Shown one piece after another: positions 62,150-64,000 of a stretch of 64,000 nt of DNA (positions are counted from its first letter, which is position 1; each line of letters opens with the position of its first letter). Under the pieces are notes generated by a model. It made no database searches, had not been told where the DNA came from, and saw nothing but the letters and a program-made list of their open reading frames with translations. Both the position numbers and the translations under genes were made by a program. Origin of the DNA: Candidatus Dadabacteria bacterium (GTDB taxonomy: Bacteria; Desulfobacterota_D; UBA1144; Nemesobacterales; CSP1-2); assembly GCA_040289575.1 (NCBI GenBank), contig PSLL01000006.1:24583-88582 (forward strand). Reading direction: 5' to 3'.

Positions 62150-63331
62150 TTACACCCATCGAGTCTTCTGGAATTGTCTTACGATTTCCTGAATATCACT
62201 CATAAATTTCTCTGTCGAGAACAGCTCTTTTCTTGATCTCAAGTAGTCAATCAATGACATTTGCTCATCTGGATTCTCTATCACGCGTACAATCTTCTCG
62301 TTTGCTTCCTCTTCAGTCCTATAAACCAGACGTTCATCCCCTCCTACAATCTCCAACTGCCCGCCGCTGTTATGAACAAAGGCTATACAACCCGCTTTGA
62401 TCATCTCTCCCACCGCAATCCCGAAATGTTCCTCTATGTTTGCGTGAATTCCGTACCTGTGCCTGGAAATCAGATTTATAAGCTTCTCTCTCGATAAGTT
62501 TTCGTGTAAGAGAACCCAAGGAGAATTTTCTCTTACAACTCTTATAAGTCTTGAATAATATTCGCTTTCACCTATGAATGGGCTAGGGGTTCCTATGATA
62601 TGTAAATGGAGATCGGGGATTCTCGCCCTGACCTTTGCAAGAATCTCTATTATCGTCTCAAATCTCTTCCCAGGGCAGAATCTCCCAATACAGACAAACC
62701 CGTTTTCCCTCTCATTCCAGGGAACATCAGGAAATTTGTCAGGAATCGGGGGATAAACTGTTGTAGCATCAATCCCGTAACGTTCCTTAACTTTATTTCC
62801 CGTCCAATCCGAGTTAACGAGGGTAAGATTATCTTTCATCCGATTGTATGAAAAACCTGAAATCAGCATCCAGGGCCTATAACTGCCTTTCAATGCTTCC
62901 CAAAACTTTCGATGATGAGGCAAATCAATATCGGGTTGAATCTTTCCGTATAAATAAGGATAGTGAAAATACTGTATTCCCCGACATCCGAAGTCTATTT
63001 CATTCTCGGTGGAGATTACTACATCATATTTGCCATTCAACCTCTTGCATAAGCGCATCAGGTAGCTCTGCCTCTGAATACTTGCGGGATCGGGGTCTAG
63101 GTTTATAATGCCACGCAAAACGGGGTTAATATGATGCACAGTAAGCTCTGAACTCTTAAGTGAAGTGCCGTAGAAGCGGTTTATCTCCTCGAAATTAGGA
63201 GATTTCCAGGTTAGTAATGAGACTGAATACTCCTTCTTCAACGCCTCAATCATCCAGGCCGCAACCGTGTTTGCGCCCCCAGGGGGTTCAAGAGTGGTTT
63301 GAACAAATAAGACTTTTTTCATAGATGACAT
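62150..63331 (-). CDS. Glycosyltransferase family 4 (full-length copy)
   Basis: GT-B N-terminal domain plus a C-terminal Glycos_transf_1 domain (…EHFGIAVGEMIKAGCIAFVHNSGGQLEIV…). Confidence 0.8.
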   Translation of the reverse strand: MSSMKKVLFVQTTLEPPGGANTVAAWMIEALKKEYSVSLLTWKSPNFEEINRFYGTSLKSSELTVHHINPVLRGIINLDPDPASIQRQSYLMRLCKRLNGKYDVVISTENEIDFGCRGIQYFHYPYLYGKIQPDIDLPHHRKFWEALKGSYRPWMLISGFSYNRMKDNLTLVNSDWTGNKVKERYGIDATTVYPPIPDKFPDVPWNERENGFVCIGRFCPGKRFETIIEILAKVRARIPDLHLHIIGTPSPFIGESEYYSRLIRVVRENSPWVLLHENLSREKLINLISRHRYGIHANIEEHFGIAVGEMIKAGCIAFVHNSGGQLEIVGGDERLVYRTEEEANEKIVRVIENPDEQMSLIDYLRSRKELFSTEKFMSDIQEIVRQFQKTRWV

Positions 63332-63354
63332 TCAATAATTCTACAAACTATTAG

Positions 63355-64000
63355 CTACATGACACGTTCATTCTTTCTCTCCCAGTTAATGTACTTAAAC
63401 TTGTTAAAATACGTGTTGAATACATCGGCAAAATCGCCATGTAATATTCTGTCAGCCACATACTTAAACTGATGGATCAATCTTTTTGAACGATATGCAG
63501 GTATCAAAATATCCGTCTTTTCTTTATTGTCGGATGCGAATAATTTTATCTTTTCAACTATATAAGGGAAAAGCTGATAACGGTACAATACGAGATTTCT
63601 GGCCTCCTCTAAAGCCGAAATACGCTTTTCCTAGTCATCCCGATCTATAATCTCCCTTATCTTTTTCAAACTAGCCTCTGGTTGATCTACATCAATTCGT
63701 ATAAAAGACTCTTTGGGAAAATACTCCTCTAGATTCGTACAACCATAGTATATGGGAACCGTCCGGGTAAGAAAGCAATCCGCTACTTTTTCTGTCCAGT
63801 AATCAGGACCGCTACTGTTCTCAACCGCAAGCGAGTATTTATACGGAGCCAGTCCGTCCCACTTGTCCTTGACACATCTGATTCCTCTTCCGAATACGTC
63901 TATATTGAACCTGGCATTTTGCCTGAGGAAATCCAAGAGTGCCATCTTTTTCCTATGCCCCGGAAGAAACGTCAGTTTGCTTGTAACCCAAGATATAGCC
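63355..64000 (-). pseudogene. GT10 (alpha-1,3/4-fucosyltransferase-like) gene, C-terminal part, with an in-frame TAG at 63631-63633; the N-terminus lies beyond the window end
   Basis: GT10 signature YKYSLAVENSSGPDYWTEKVADCFLTRTVPIYYG. The frame is open upstream of the listed Met to position 64000. A TAG separates two ORFs that are in the same frame (…IREIIDRDD*EKRISALEEARNLVLYRYQLFPYIVEK…). Confidence 0.6.

Noticed and set aside
1-64000. CRISPR arrays, integrases, transposases, toxin–antitoxin pairs
   Set aside because: No regularly spaced direct repeats and no ORF with recombinase, transposase or TA-like signatures were seen. The tRNA-Gly is not flanked by an obvious integrase or att repeat.

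Overview
This is a bacterial chromosomal window of mixed GC content. The first 48.8 kb is mostly core and housekeeping DNA. The last ~15 kb (48788 to the window end) is a low-GC glycan-biosynthesis island that has partly decayed.

Core region contents:
- A partial OMF-MFP-RND efflux operon in czcCBA-like order at the 5' edge.
- A second RND system with a divergently transcribed TolC-like OMF: tetR–MFP–RND, with an apparent 3' frameshift in the RND gene.
- Housekeeping genes mutL–yacG–efp and purH.
- A peptidoglycan-recycling cluster (murQ–anmK–nagZ-like).
- A skp/ompH chaperone, an MlaD/MCE protein, and tRNA-Gly(CCC).
- korAB 2-oxoacid:ferredoxin oxidoreductase followed by a stand-alone NuoI-like ferredoxin and a Zn-dependent alcohol dehydrogenase.
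- Transporters: MscS, DedA, an APC-type permease, a sodium:solute symporter, EamA, a frameshifted MFS transporter, and two LivG/LivF-like ABC ATPases with no permease partner in the window.

The glycan island carries Wzm/Wzt ABC export genes and three GT2, two GT4 and two GT39-like (ArnT/PMT_2) genes. It also encodes a sulfotransferase and a GC-rich compositional outlier gene (Trm112-like zinc ribbon, class I SAM methyltransferase and a large C-terminal domain of unknown function). Two glycosyltransferase families in the island are typically eukaryotic: a GT62 Anp1/Mnn9/Van1-like mannosyltransferase homolog and a GT10 fucosyltransferase-like gene.

Many genes in the island and elsewhere carry frameshifts or in-frame TAA/TAG/TGA stops, which suggests pseudogenisation or sequence-quality problems. 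No CRISPR array, integrase or transposase was recognised.
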